DNA of 64,000 bases from Pecten maximus. Its lineage: Eukaryota. The notes below the pieces were generated by a model, which saw nothing but the letters and a program-made list of their open reading frames with translations, did no database searches and had not been told where the DNA came from. Below are positions 24,775-36,137 of the stretch, piece by piece; the stretch's first letter is position 1, and every line of letters starts with the position of its first letter. The DNA is taken from positions 29,760,001 to 29,824,000 of the forward strand of contig NC_047020.1 of assembly GCF_902652985.1 (NCBI RefSeq). The letters run 5' to 3'. The position numbers were made by a program, and so were the translations under genes.

Positions 24775-24906
24775 CGATACAAGATGTATTGGCGAAGACT
24801 TTTGAGGAGGCTAGGATATGTGCATTGATGAGCGACTCGTCAATCCTCATATAAGTCTGATCTCCACTGGCATGTATCCATGTTGCACGTCGACCATACC
24901 TGGCAC
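24775..24906 (-). CDS. MYCBP2: MYCBP2 exon 24
   Basis: YGRRATWIHASGDQTYMRIDESLIN. Confidence 0.95.
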
Positions 24907-25386
24907 CTGAGAAAAGGAGAATATGCACTGAATATGGCAAAAAATATTAACACAAAGTACAGCATTGTCTCCCCTAGAATGATTTCCTTCTGAGGGCAAT
25001 GCCAGTAAAATATCTTCCCCACCCAAGGACTCTAGTTTTGTTAAGGGGTACCACCAAAGAATTTATTAAGTAAATTACATTGAAGTAATACGAAGGTAAT
25101 CCATCCATGGATACAAGCGATTTCTTTTGGAGTCCTGGGGTCAGGTAGATATTTTGATGGAATAGCCCTGATACTTTTCAAGTAATCCAATTTTTTTTTC
25201 ATTCATTCAGTCAAAATATAAAGTTTAATATTACAACAATATCTATTTGTTGTTATTTGAAACCTTAACATCTATAACTAAGATACTGTTTAAATGAAGT
25301 AGTATGTTGTTGCAAATACGTACCTTGCATAAAAATAAATTTATGCACTATACATGTATTAGGATACTATCCTATGTCTTACTCAC

Positions 25387-25480
25387 CAATGCCAGGAACT
25401 GGCCCAGGGAGGGCGTACCACAGACCCTTCTTTGTCTTGGCTCCAGCCTCATCAGGGCCTGCTCTACCAAGGGCACCTTT
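25387..25480 (-). CDS. MYCBP2: MYCBP2 exon 23
   Basis: KGALGR...WYALPGPVPGI. Confidence 0.9.
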
Positions 25481-25660
25481 CTGTACACATAATCATTGAA
25501 TAATGAAGTTACTAGATTTTTCACTATTTAAAATAATCAGATCACAGAATTACTAACTATACAACAGTGAAATAGTTTCATTTAACTGCATTTATATTAT
25601 TTCAAATTTGACATGTTTAATCAAATTTTTAATCTTAATTGTATGAATCTAAAAATTTAC

Positions 25661-25775
25661 CTGGAAATTTCCAAAGGTGTAAACTTGACCGTTGGAGAGC
25701 AAGACAACAGAGTGGTGGGCTCCTGTGGCCACCTGAATGGCGCTCAGTGGCAGGTGGACCTTTGTTGGTGTTCCT
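25661..25775 (-). CDS. MYCBP2: MYCBP2 exon 22 (RCC1 repeat)
   Basis: QVATGAHHSVVLLSNGQVYTFG. Confidence 0.94.
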
Positions 25776-25799
25776 CTGTGTAAATAAGGTGTCATTAGA

Positions 25800-25980
25800 A
25801 AATGTGAAATGTATACACCTGGTACAGTAAATGGATGCTGTGTGGGTGAAATGTATACATCAGGTAAATGAATGCTGTGTGGGTTAAATGTATACACTAG
25901 GTAAATCAACGCTGTGTGGTGAAAAATATACATTGGGTAAAGGGCGCTGTGTGGGTGAAATGTATACACTAAGTAAATAA
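25800..25980. repeat. Degenerate ~36-bp repeat, ~5 copies, next to the exon 22 acceptor
   Basis: Recurring GCTGTGTGGGTGAAATGTATACAC...GGTAAAT. Confidence 0.75.
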
Positions 25981-26127
25981 CTTTATAGTGAGGTGACGTG
26001 CACAAATTCACTAAAAGGACACTTAGTATCACTGAATAAACAAATCACATTCAAACTGTAAAATGTTCTCTTTTCTTGATCCAGATTTTAAAAAGAACAC
26101 TCTTAACTTTGTAGCAGGAACATTACA

Positions 26128-26532
26128 ATGATAAATGTAACTTACCTGACTGTTAGGTCCCCCTGGCCTAACTGTCCATACTGGTTACTACCAAATGATA
26201 AATGTAACTTACCTGACTGTTAGGTCCCCCTGGCCTAACTGTCCATACTGGTTACTACCAAATGATAAATGTAACTTACCTGACTGTTAGGTCCCCCTGG
26301 CCTAACTGTCCATACTGGTTACTACCAAATGATAAATGTAACTTACCTGACTGTTAGGTCCCCCTGGCCTAACTGTCCGTACTGGTTACTACCAAATGAT
26401 AGATGTAACTTACCTGACTGTTAGGTCCCCCTGGCCTAACTGTCCGTACTGGTTACTACCAAATGATATATGTAACTTACCTGACTGTTAGGTCCCCCTG
26501 GCCTAACTGTCCATACTGGTTACTACCAAATG
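26128..26532. repeat. 67-bp tandem repeat, 6 copies = last 52 nt of exon 21 + first 15 nt of intron
   Basis: Donor CAG|GTAAGT after positions 26481, 26414, 26347, 26280, 26213, 26146. Confidence 0.97.
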
Positions 26533-26562
26533 CGTAAACCTCCCCAGACTGAAGCAACACGA
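26481..26562 (-). CDS. MYCBP2: MYCBP2 exon 21 (RCC1 repeat)
   Basis: GEVYAFGSNQYGQLGQGD. Confidence 0.94.
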
Positions 26563-27133
26563 CTGAAATAAATGACAACAACATCTGTAGGTCAAGTTAC
26601 AACAATCATAGATTAATAAGTAGCATCAATTATTGATAATACCAGTGGCCTGTTTGTTTATGTGGATAAACCGGTTCATCAATTTTGAATTGTAACATTT
26701 CAGGCATAAATCTTGACGGACCTGCAGATATAAAGAAAGGACTTGAAAGTCTTTGTCAAGGCTTGTCCAAAAGTAACACAAAACTACTAGGCCTGTCATT
26801 ATTCCATAAATAAATTACTATGGTCCAACCGTTTGTACTGCAATAAATGAAAACAGCCCAGGAAGGAGACTAAGAGATGATTGCTAATTTAGCCAAATCC
26901 TTGGAAGGTATTTCAATACAAAAATGATTCTTAAATTATGCATGTTTCAAATGTTTGAGATTATTGGCACAGTGAGAGCATAATTATAAACATATTAATG
27001 AATTTTTAACACATTATTTGACTCACAATGTGTTAGCAATCATAATTCAATACAATTTACTTATTATATATATACTAAAATAACATTAGGACATTATACA
27101 GAATGTGATAAACTAGGTATCCTTGGTATTTAC

Positions 27134-27256
27134 CTGTGTGATGTTGACCACAGGATATCTGAGTGACAGGTACATCCCCGTCCCCCACGGTCACCTCTAA
27201 TGGCGGTAGACTGACCACCTTGTTATACTCAGTCTCCTGGTCACTTCCAACTTCAG
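27134..27256 (-). CDS. MYCBP2: MYCBP2 exon 20
   Basis: VTQISCGQHHT. Confidence 0.93.
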
Positions 27257-27358
27257 CTGTTGATAAGTACACGAAAATGATTTTAGGTGTCTTTCTTTAC
27301 GATAATCACAATCCAATTAATAAAACAATCAATTATCTAAGTTAGAGTAATAACTTAC

Positions 27359-27478
27359 GCTGTGCTTTTCCTTTCTGTTTACTTCCTGATTTAGATCCAG
27401 ATCGATGGTGTTGTCTGACAGGTCGTTCTAGGAGCCGCTTAAAGAACTGCTCTAATGGGGTACCATGGTTACGACCAC
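27359..27478 (-). CDS. MYCBP2: MYCBP2 exon 19
   Basis: Open phase-1 exon with canonical sites (GRNHGTPLEQFFKRLLE...). Confidence 0.82.
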
Positions 27479-27599
27479 CTGAAATGTATATAACTCAATC
27501 AACACTGCCTCCCAAAGTCAACAAATACCCTAAACTTACTTTTTCATCTGCTTCTGTCTAATGACTACTGTACAGAACCTTCCTAAACAAAATAAGTGC

Positions 27600-29335
27600 T
27601 ACCTTTGTCAGTAACACTTGAGATAATGTCAATGTTTACCTTTAGGTCCTACCTTTGTCAGTAACACTTGAGATAATGTCAATGTTTACCATAAGGTCCT
27701 AATTTGTCAGTATTACCTGAGATAATGTCAATGTTTACCTTTAGGTCCTACCTTTGTCAGTAACACCTGAGATAATGTCAATGTTTACCTTTAGGTCCTA
27801 CCTTTGTCAGTATTACCTGAGATAATGTCAATGTCTACCTTTAGGTCCTACCTTTGTCAGTAACACCTGAAATAATGTCAATGTTTACCATTAGGTCCTA
27901 CCTTTGTCAGTAACACCTGAGATAATGTCAATGTTTACCTTTAGGTCCTACCTTTGTCAGTAACACCTGAGATAATGTCAATGTTTACCTTTAGGTCCTA
28001 CCTTTGTCAGTAACACCTGAGATAATGTCAATGTTTACCTTTAGGTCCTACCTTTGTCAGTAACACCTGAGATAATGTCAATGTTTACCATTAGGTCCTA
28101 CCTTTGTCAGTAACACCTGAGATAATGTCAATGTTTACCTTTAGGTCCTACCTTTGTCAGTAACACCTGAGATAATGTGTCCTACCTTTGTCAGTAACAC
28201 TTGAGATAATGTCAATGTTTACCATAAGGTCCTACCTTTGTCAGTAACACCTGAGATAATGTCAATGTTTACCTTTAGGTCCTACCTTTGTCAGTAACAT
28301 CTGAGATAATGTCAATGTTTACCATTAGGTCCTACCTTTGTCAGTAACACCTGAGATAATGTCAATGTTTACCTTTAGGTCCTACCTTTGTCAGTAACAC
28401 CTGAGATAACATCAATGTTTACCATTAGGTCCTACCTTTGTCTGTGACACCTGAGATAATGTCAATGTTTACCTTTAGGTCCTACCATTGTCAGTAACAC
28501 CTGAGATAATGTCAATGTCTACCTTTAGGTCCTACCATTGTCAGTAACACCTGAGATAATGTCAATGTTTACCATTAGGTCCTACCTTTGTCAGTAACAC
28601 CTGAGATAATGTCAATGTTTACCTTTAGGTCCTACCTTTGTCAGTAACACCTGAGATAATGTCAATGTCTACCTTTAGGTCCTACCTTTGTCAGTAACAC
28701 TTGAGATAACATCAATGTCTACCTTTAGGTCCTACCTTTGTCAGTAACACCTGAGATAATGTCAATGTCTACCTTTAGGTCCTACCTTTGTCAGTAACAC
28801 CTGAGATAATGTCAATGTTTACCTTTAAGTCCTACCTTTGTCAATAACACCTGAGATAATGTCAATGTTTACCTTTAGGTCCTACCTTTGTCAGTAACAC
28901 CTGAGATTATGTCAATGTTTACCTTTAGGTCCTACCTTTGTCAGTAACACCTGAGATAATGTCAATGTTTACCTTTAGGTCCTACCTTTGTCAGTAACAC
29001 CTGAGATAATGTCAATGTTTACCTTTAGGTCCTACCTTTGTCAGTAACACCTGAGATAATGTCAATGTTTACCTTTAGGTCCTACCTTTGTCAGTAATAT
29101 CTGAGATAATGTCAATGTTTACCTTTAGGTCCTACCTTTGTCAGTAACACCTGAGATAATGTCAATGTTTACCTTTAGGTCCTACCTTTGTCAGTAACAC
29201 CTGAGATAATGTCAATGTTTACCATTAGGTCCTACCTTTGTCAGTAACACCTGAGATAATGTCAATGTTTACCATTAGGTCCTACCTTTGTCAGTAACAC
29301 CTGATATAATGTCAATGTTTACCTTTAGGTCCTAC
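27600..29335. repeat. 50-bp minisatellite, ~35 copies, starting at the exon 18 donor
   Basis: Unit CCTACCTTTGTCAGTAACACCTGAGATAATGTCAATGTTTACCTTTAGGT. Confidence 0.97.
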
Positions 29336-29480
29336 AAGGAGGTCAAACTGTGCCAGGTCTTTGTTCTTTGTGAGGACATGAGCAAGCTGTTGGGCTTCAT
29401 CCATACTCTGTTCAGCAGCACACATCTTACAGATCCCACATTCACTGCAACCCGAGTCTCCAGACCCACACCCACATGGC
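29323..29480 (-). CDS. MYCBP2: MYCBP2 exon 18 (Cys-rich)
   Basis: CGCGSGDSGCSECGICKMCA; donor AAG|GTAAAC. Confidence 0.92.
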
Positions 29481-29715
29481 CTGTACAACATTTAATATAG
29501 GGGTCCATCAAACTTAGACGATCTAATTATAATGTCATTTTTTGGTTTAACGAACTCAAGATTTTTTTCCTTTAACAGAAATTGTTTTGCAATCATCTTG
29601 GAATGAAAATGGTTCCTCGTCTGGCAATCCAGAACAAGTGCACATATGAATTGTGTGAATATATGAGGTAAGACCATAAGAAATCATGATAAGAAAGAAA
29701 ATACATTGCACTTAC

Positions 29716-29827
29716 ATGCCTGGGTTTCTGCCTCCCTGTACAGAGTGAACACAAGCTATACCATACCCTGTACACTCCCCACACACAGAGCATACCATAC
29801 AGTGGTCAGTCTTCCATTTGTGTCGAC
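29716..29827 (-). CDS. MYCBP2: MYCBP2 exon 17 (Cys-rich)
   Basis: HKWKTDHCMVCSVCGECTGYG. Confidence 0.94.
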
Positions 29828-30119
29828 CTGAAACATCAGATTTACAAGCGATTTGATGTAATTATCTACAGCTTAGTACCTAGATTACTTACAAAATTTA
29901 CTTTTTTGTTTGTTCTACAGGGAGAAGAGATTTTGATTAATTACAAGCCAACATTTTTATCCTAGCATTAAACTTTTTATTGACCCCCATAATATTGTAA
30001 AAAAGCCTAGAACATTTTCATCCTAGCATTGAACTCTTAATCTGCCTCCATATAATATTGTACAAATTCCAGAAATAATTCAAGACAGTGATCTGAGAGA
30101 CTATAGTCAAGATTAATAC

Positions 30120-30188
30120 CTGCACCACAAATGGCCTCCTCCTGCTCTGTCTCCTCCTCTTCTTCGGTCATTGTTACGTTGTTACTGG
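30120..30188 (-). CDS. MYCBP2: MYCBP2 exon 16 (acidic)
   Basis: MTEEEEETEQEEAICGA. Confidence 0.87.
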
Positions 30189-30422
30189 CTGTCAAGTAAA
30201 GATTAGGTAGACAACTCTCATGTAGAGAAAAGACAAGTGTGTTAGCATGTTTAGAAGTTTTTGATATTATGTTAAGGATCAATCTTCATTTAAATTTACT
30301 GTTTATCTTAATCACTTGCATGACAAAAGGCCAATTCTCAAAAGGATGTTCTTTGAGAGGAAAAATACTGGTATATTTTGTAAACATGTACATGACATTG
30401 TACAGTGTGTGGTCAAACAAAC

Positions 30423-30578
30423 CTTCCTTTGAGCCACCAGGCTGAAAGTCGCGGCCACATTGGCCCTTGTTGTTTATTCCGAAGCTGTAAATGAAGCCCT
30501 TGTTGGTGAGAACTATGGCATGGGCCTTCCCAAGGCAGATGTTGGTCACAACTACGTCCTTCAAGTCTGTCACATGAC
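30423..30578 (-). CDS. MYCBP2: MYCBP2 exon 15 (RCC1-like)
   Basis: GKAHAIVL...FGINNKGQCGRD. Confidence 0.95.
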
Positions 30579-31029
30579 CTTCAAACAAAAGTTAAATTAT
30601 TCAGTATGCAACTTATAGTGACATCTTAATCTCATGATTCAGAAATACTACCCGCATATCAAATCTGAAGTTTACATTTAACAGTACATGGAACAGTGGC
30701 CATATAAATGTATATATTATATGGAAGCCTAATGATGTGTCACCCTTTTTCATAATGTATCTGTTTACAACATTTGATGAGTAATGGTCACATATTAACT
30801 AATTGGAAGGAAAATTAAATATTATGCTATAGTATGCTTTCAACTTTTTTCAAAAAGCAGTTATACATTTAGCTTTGTCAAAATGAACAATTGTCTAGTC
30901 AGATCACAATATCAAAATTCTTCAAACAATCTTATGCTGACGACTTAATTTGATATTTTTAATCATCAGTCTGTTTTATGAACACTTTATAAGTTTTGTT
31001 TCGTTCATGACATTATTACTAAGACTTAC

Positions 31030-31197
31030 CACTAGCATGATCACAGTAAGAGGAATCCTTGCCAAACATGAACACCTCGCCTTCCTTGGTAACGAACGCA
31101 CTGCTACCATTGTTACAAGCAGCTTGTATCACAGTCTTTGATTCAAATCGAACCAGCTTCTTTGGTTTCACTGCTTTTGGTTGGCGTCTTCCTTTCG
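31030..31197 (-). CDS. MYCBP2: MYCBP2 exon 14 (RCC1-like)
   Basis: ACNNGSSAFVTKEGEVFMFGKD. Confidence 0.95.
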
Positions 31198-31656
31198 CTG
31201 TCAAATGATAAAAAAGTAAACATTTCAAATTTCTACCAGTTGAGTAGTATTTCTAAAACTAATCATAAACAAGTACATGACTGTATCAAGTGATTAAATC
31301 CCTTCTGTGTGTAAGTTTGTCTCAGAGCAGAGTTATATCTTAAAACAGAGTCAAGGAAATACTTTCTTTCATTGATTTCATATCTCTAAATTCTCATATA
31401 TGTTGGTAATAATGAGAAGTATTATCTTAATGATGTTCAGTTAAACTATGTGTTTCAGACATATCAAGAATTTAATACAACACTGAACTTCTAGCAATTA
31501 ACATTTTTAACACTGAGAGCTCTGTTTAATTAAGTACAAAGCCAATTCAGATTATAGAGAGCCCAAGTGCATTAAAACATATCACATATTGAATAAGAAG
31601 AAAGCAAGGCGATGGGGAAGACTGCCATATCTTCATTCTATTGCCACTTCACTTAC

Positions 31657-31867
31657 ACATGCTAGTATCCCCATCCTCTCCACGACGAGGTGTCCCCACG
31701 AAGAACAGACTACCGTCCTCAGACACAATCAGGGCATGCTGGCCTTCATGTCCTGTGGCGACCTGTACAATCTTGGGTGACTTTGTGATAGGTAGCTCTG
31801 CCCATTTACCCTGAGCAGGTGCTCCCTGTTTGATGCCCAGGGACTGGGACTTTCCACTGTATAACAC
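31657..31867 (-). CDS. MYCBP2: MYCBP2 exon 13 (RCC1-like domain)
   Basis: GKWAELPITKSPKIVQVATGHEGQHAL. Confidence 0.95.
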
Positions 31868-32165
31868 CTGTGATATATAGTGTATATGCTTAATTTGCCT
31901 CCAATATAAATGTTTCAGGCGTCTAGCCATACTAATAGAAATTAATCAAATACGCTGGTATTCTATATTATAAACCATAGCCATACTAATTGAAATTAAT
32001 CAAATACACTGATATTCTATACCATAAATCAATCAATGTTAGGTTTACCTAAAAAAATCAACTAAACACATTTCAACACAATTATCATAATCAAAATTTT
32101 AGTCAGTTCCATCAGAGAAACTTTATAAACTGGTCACAGAGTAATTCTTTGTGTCACAATATTAC

Positions 32166-32242
32166 CTTTCCACCCACAGTTCTGATCAGTACAAAGTCTT
32201 TAGCTCCAGTGATGGCTACGGAATCTTCATCATAGGCAGTAT
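32166..32242 (-). CDS. MYCBP2: MYCBP2 exon 12
   Basis: TGAKDFVLIRTVGGK. Confidence 0.88.
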
Positions 32243-32571
32243 CTGGAAATTACACAGTTCAATAGAAATAATGTTTTCTGCTGTTGATATTGGGTCAGGG
32301 TTATTCCAGTAAAATATATATTCTACAGGAAGACTACAAGAAAGAAGAAGAAAAGAGAAAGTAACTCTATGCATGGTAGTTAAATATGGCTTATTAATTT
32401 CTTCAGTTGGTGGTACATTTTAGTGCTTATTTCTTTTAAGTGCTGTGCGTGTAATTAAAGTTTTTGTATTTTTTTTTCGGGTTTTGTTTCATTTCTGGTA
32501 ACAAACACTGATCTATCTCTTGAGCAAACTTCATACCAAATAGATTACTGTACATCTAATACAACACATAC

Positions 32572-32716
32572 TGATTGAGTGCCTCTCTGTTGTTTGGTCG
32601 TAGGAGGCTGTCCCAAACACATCCATACACTTGCGAGTGAGTTTGAGGGGCAGTTCTCCCGCCACAGTCATGGGACTGACATCAGGGTTGTACAGGCGCA
32701 CCACAAAGCTGTCTTG
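32572..32716 (-). CDS. MYCBP2: MYCBP2 exon 11
   Basis: DSFVVRLY...ELPLKLTRKC. Confidence 0.9.
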
Positions 32717-32994
32717 CTGTGGACAGGATATCATACATATCTAACCATTATACATTTATTGTTTTGTTCACAATATCAATGTCAGATTTTAACCAATTCT
32801 TAAGTTTAATAGAGAAGAGGGAAAAATTAATACAATAGGTAGAGACAGTTGTTGTAGAAATTCATGCCTACTCCGTAATATCATGAAAACTATATCAGAT
32901 ATAAACTTTCCAAAATTCAACCAAAAATGAATTATATTATCCATGATTTATTTACCAGAAAAAATCTCTTTGTGGAGTCATGTGATGTACTTAC

Positions 32995-33065
32995 ATCTTT
33001 AGCAGCTGCAATCTGTCCGATGTTTTCTCCATCACTAAACAAAGCGCTGGGCCCCGGGCCTTTAC
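32995..33065 (-). CDS. MYCBP2: MYCBP2 exon 10
   Basis: LFSDGENIGQIAAAKD. Confidence 0.9.
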
Positions 33066-33326
33066 CTAGCAAAACACACAAAATAAGTATGTTGGGACTG
33101 AAACACATTTTTGTGACACAAACAACATAATGGACTATTCCAACTATATCCATAGCGTTTGGAATCACTCAGCTAATTGGGAGTTCATTGTTCTACTATA
33201 ATCATTTCACTATTTTGTAGCCTACAAAGACTATCGGGTAAAAAGGAACATAATCATATCTATCTATAACGATAACCTATTATCAACTATACATTCTACA
33301 TCCATGGTTCTGACTGTTTGACCTAC

Positions 33327-33423
33327 CATCCAGTTTACAGGAGTTCATTACTGTCAGGTCTTCTTTATTAATGGTACACAGACAGGGTTGAGCATTCTCG
33401 TCCGACCGACAAAACAGCTGATC
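33327..33423 (-). CDS. MYCBP2: MYCBP2 exon 9
   Basis: DQLFCRSDENAQPCLCTINKEDL; phases fit. Confidence 0.85.
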
Positions 33424-33571
33424 CTATGTGAGATGAATGAAAAAAAAATTATAATCACACTTTAGTGTTTTTAACAAATTATTTTTATCATTTGGTAAGA
33501 AAATTTTCAGGATATTTATTATATATCATCAACTTATTTATGATAATGTGTTGTAATGAGCAAAAACTTAC

Positions 33572-33637
33572 CTTTGCACAAGCAAGCCATACAGATGAGG
33601 TTGATACAGTAAATTCTTTCTGTAGATAAATGTGTCC
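33572..33637 (-). CDS. MYCBP2: MYCBP2 exon 8
   Basis: GHIYLQK...WLACAK. Confidence 0.88.
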
Positions 33638-33784
33638 CTGAAAAATGCAAAAAATAATGCATGTTTCATCTTTTCCGCTTTGACAGTATGGTAAGTTTTA
33701 AGTATCTACCGAACGAATTATATGACACTTAATGAAATGTAAATTTTAGTTATTTCACAACAAGCATGAAACAAGTAATATCAA

Positions 33785-33960
33785 CTTATATTCATCACTC
33801 TTGTTGGCCAAGATAGAAGCTCGCAAGGGGTTTTATTGTGGGAGAAAACCCATGTGGTTGAGCAGGTGACCCCATACCTTTTCATGTCTGATCGGGGAAT
33901 CAAACCCTCGCCGTCTAGGTGAAAGGCAACTGTGTTACCACTGTGCCACCCAACCACCCT
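33785..33960 (-). mobile_element. tRNA-derived SINE (internally shortened)
   Basis: A box TGGCACAGTGG, B-box-like GGTTTGATTCCC, GGGTTTTCTCC core. Confidence 0.75.
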
Positions 33961-34708
33961 CAAATAATGATTTATTAATTAATATTAGCTTTGGATACAT
34001 CACGTATAGACACCACAAAAGATTACAACTTGTCATGCAAATCACAAGCCAATTGACTACAAAGGATTCCTCTTAAAGATTGTTATGCAGCTTTGGTAAA
34101 TTAAAGATTTTCATTGTCTTATGCTGGAGTATTTAGTTACATCCCAATTTTTTTCTCTCTGAAAATGCAACTTAAAAACGTACCTGTGCACTATACACAA
34201 GTGTGCACTATATGCACGAATTTAGGATATTTCTTAAAATTCAAATACTTATTAATATGAAAGTTTCACCTAAAATATCACTTTATAGAAAGTGAGAAGA
34301 AAATACATTTGTCTGATTCTAGTCCAGTTTTCCAGTATCCCTAATTTGCAGAGTACCTTGACAATAGTCTGGATGTTGAATGAGTTGGGATGATGAGTTA
34401 GTTTGGATTGTCACTGCATATGTGATCAAACTAGATACACAATGTAGCAAGTTCGGTTAAGTTCGACTACCCAGTAATCAGCTTTGAGCTGCAAAAGTGT
34501 GATGTTGATACTGACTCCACTGCCAGAAAAGTAACATCATGGTAAAACTTTTCGTCGCAGGTGAGACAAATTTAAACAATTAATCAGCATAAATAACATT
34601 ACATAATAAACTTATTAAAATGTGAAATATTGAAATGATATTGAGTTGTCCTCCTAAATACATCCATCAATATAAGAAATGTTAACCTGTAACGTAGATG
34701 AGAATTAC

Positions 34709-34812
34709 CTTAGTTGTGTCTCCATAACCTGTTCCCACTTTGGCTATTCCGTTTTTGTTGTCCAGTATGTACAAATATCTGCCATCAGATGCTACAGCAC
34801 AATCTATTCCAC
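34709..34812 (-). CDS. MYCBP2: MYCBP2 exon 7
   Basis: SDGRYLYIL...KVGTGYGDTTK. Confidence 0.9.
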
Positions 34813-34892
34813 CTACAAGGAACAATAACCAATGTTTATAAACACAATAATATGTGTAGGATATACAGCATAGTAAAACTCAATCTGTAGTT

Positions 34893-35475
34893 TAACCTCT
34901 CCTGTTGTACCAATTATAGCATGACCTTCTCACCTGTTGTATGTAATACTCTGACCTTCTCACCTGTTGTATGTAATACTCTGACCTTCTCACCTGTTGT
35001 ATGTAATACTCTGACCTTCTCACCTGTTGTATGTAATATTCTGACCTTCTCACCTGTTGTATGTCATACTTTGACCTTCTCACCTGTTGTATGTAATACT
35101 CTGACTGTCTCACCTGTTGTATGTCATACTTTGACCTTCTTATCTTTTGCATGTAATATTCTGACCTTCTCACCTGTTGTATGTAATATTCTGACCTCAC
35201 CTGTTGTATGTAATATTCTGACCTTCTCACCTGTTGTATGTAATACTCTGACCTTCTCACCAGTTGTATGTAATATTCTGACCTCACCTGTTGTATGTAA
35301 TAATCTGACCTTCTCACCTGTTGTATGTAATACTCTGACCTTCTCACCTGTTGTATGTAATACTCTGACCTCACCTGTAGTATGTATTAATTTGACCTTT
35401 TCACCTGTTGTATGTAATACTTTGACCTTTTCACCTGTTGTATGTATCCATACTTTAATAAACTCACCTGCTGTA
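34893..35475. repeat. 30-bp (some 27-bp) minisatellite, ~19 copies, starting at the exon 6 donor
   Basis: Unit CTGACCTTCTCACCTGTTGTATGTAATACT. Confidence 0.96.
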
Positions 35476-35618
35476 TCATTTGTGTGAAGTTTCTCTAGTG
35501 TAAACGTGTCGATCAGGCCTCCAGACTTTACCCCCTGGTTAAACCAGTCAGGTAGCTGGGTCTTCCCTAATAATACAGCCTGGACACTCTTCTGTAACGA
35601 GGTTAGTATGCCTGGCAC
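35468..35618 (-). CDS. MYCBP2: MYCBP2 exon 6
   Basis: VPGILTSLQKSVQAVLLGKTQLPDWF; donor CAG|GTGAGT. Confidence 0.92.
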
Positions 35619-35955
35619 CTAACAACATAAAACAGTGATCTAATAAATGCAGCCTGTTTAGTTCCATATATACACAACCAGAATGAAGCCTGCCCGATTG
35701 GTGGCATACAGAATTCAAATTCAATTATGCAAAACAGCTGCAATATATCAGAAACACATTAAAAGAATTCACATGACTTGAAGAGGGCAATGGATGCATC
35801 ACTTAAAATGTAACACAAACTTTTTAAATATCAAGTAAGTGTCCTTGTAATGACTGTAGCAGGTTTTACAGCAGACTTTTGTTTACATCTAAACTTGAAG
35901 GAGAATCATTGATGATTAAATTACTTTATACTCTGTATTAATATATAACTATTAC

Positions 35956-36137
35956 CTTGACATTCTGCATAGCAAGTGGGGATGGACTCATCAACATAGA
36001 GGAGATGGCAGTAAGTAGTTTGCCTGTATCTCCCAGGGCTACAGTGAGTGAGATGAGGGAGGAGCAGGCCAGGGAAGACAGACTCATGTCTGATCCCCCG
36101 ACCATGGCAACCTCCATCAGAAGCTGGAACAGTCCAT
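35956..36137 (-). CDS. MYCBP2: MYCBP2 exon 5
   Basis: GLFQLLMEV...LGDTGKLLTAIS. Confidence 0.92.

Noticed and set aside
11845-29335. Long regular repeat arrays as CRISPR loci
   Set aside because: Units are head-to-tail with no unique spacers, lie in eukaryotic introns, and there are no cas genes.
33900-33960. tRNA gene
   Set aside because: A and B boxes are present but there is no full cloverleaf; it continues into a SINE body. The same applies to 14230-14306.
34385-34520. C/D snoRNA-like ATGATGA...CTGA
   Set aside because: Antisense to the host intron, weak terminal stem, no recognisable rRNA guide.
34892-35487. ORFs (RRSEYYIQQV)n and (TFSPVVCNTL)n
   Set aside because: Alternative frames of the 30-bp array; only the exon 6 frame is connected to a gene.
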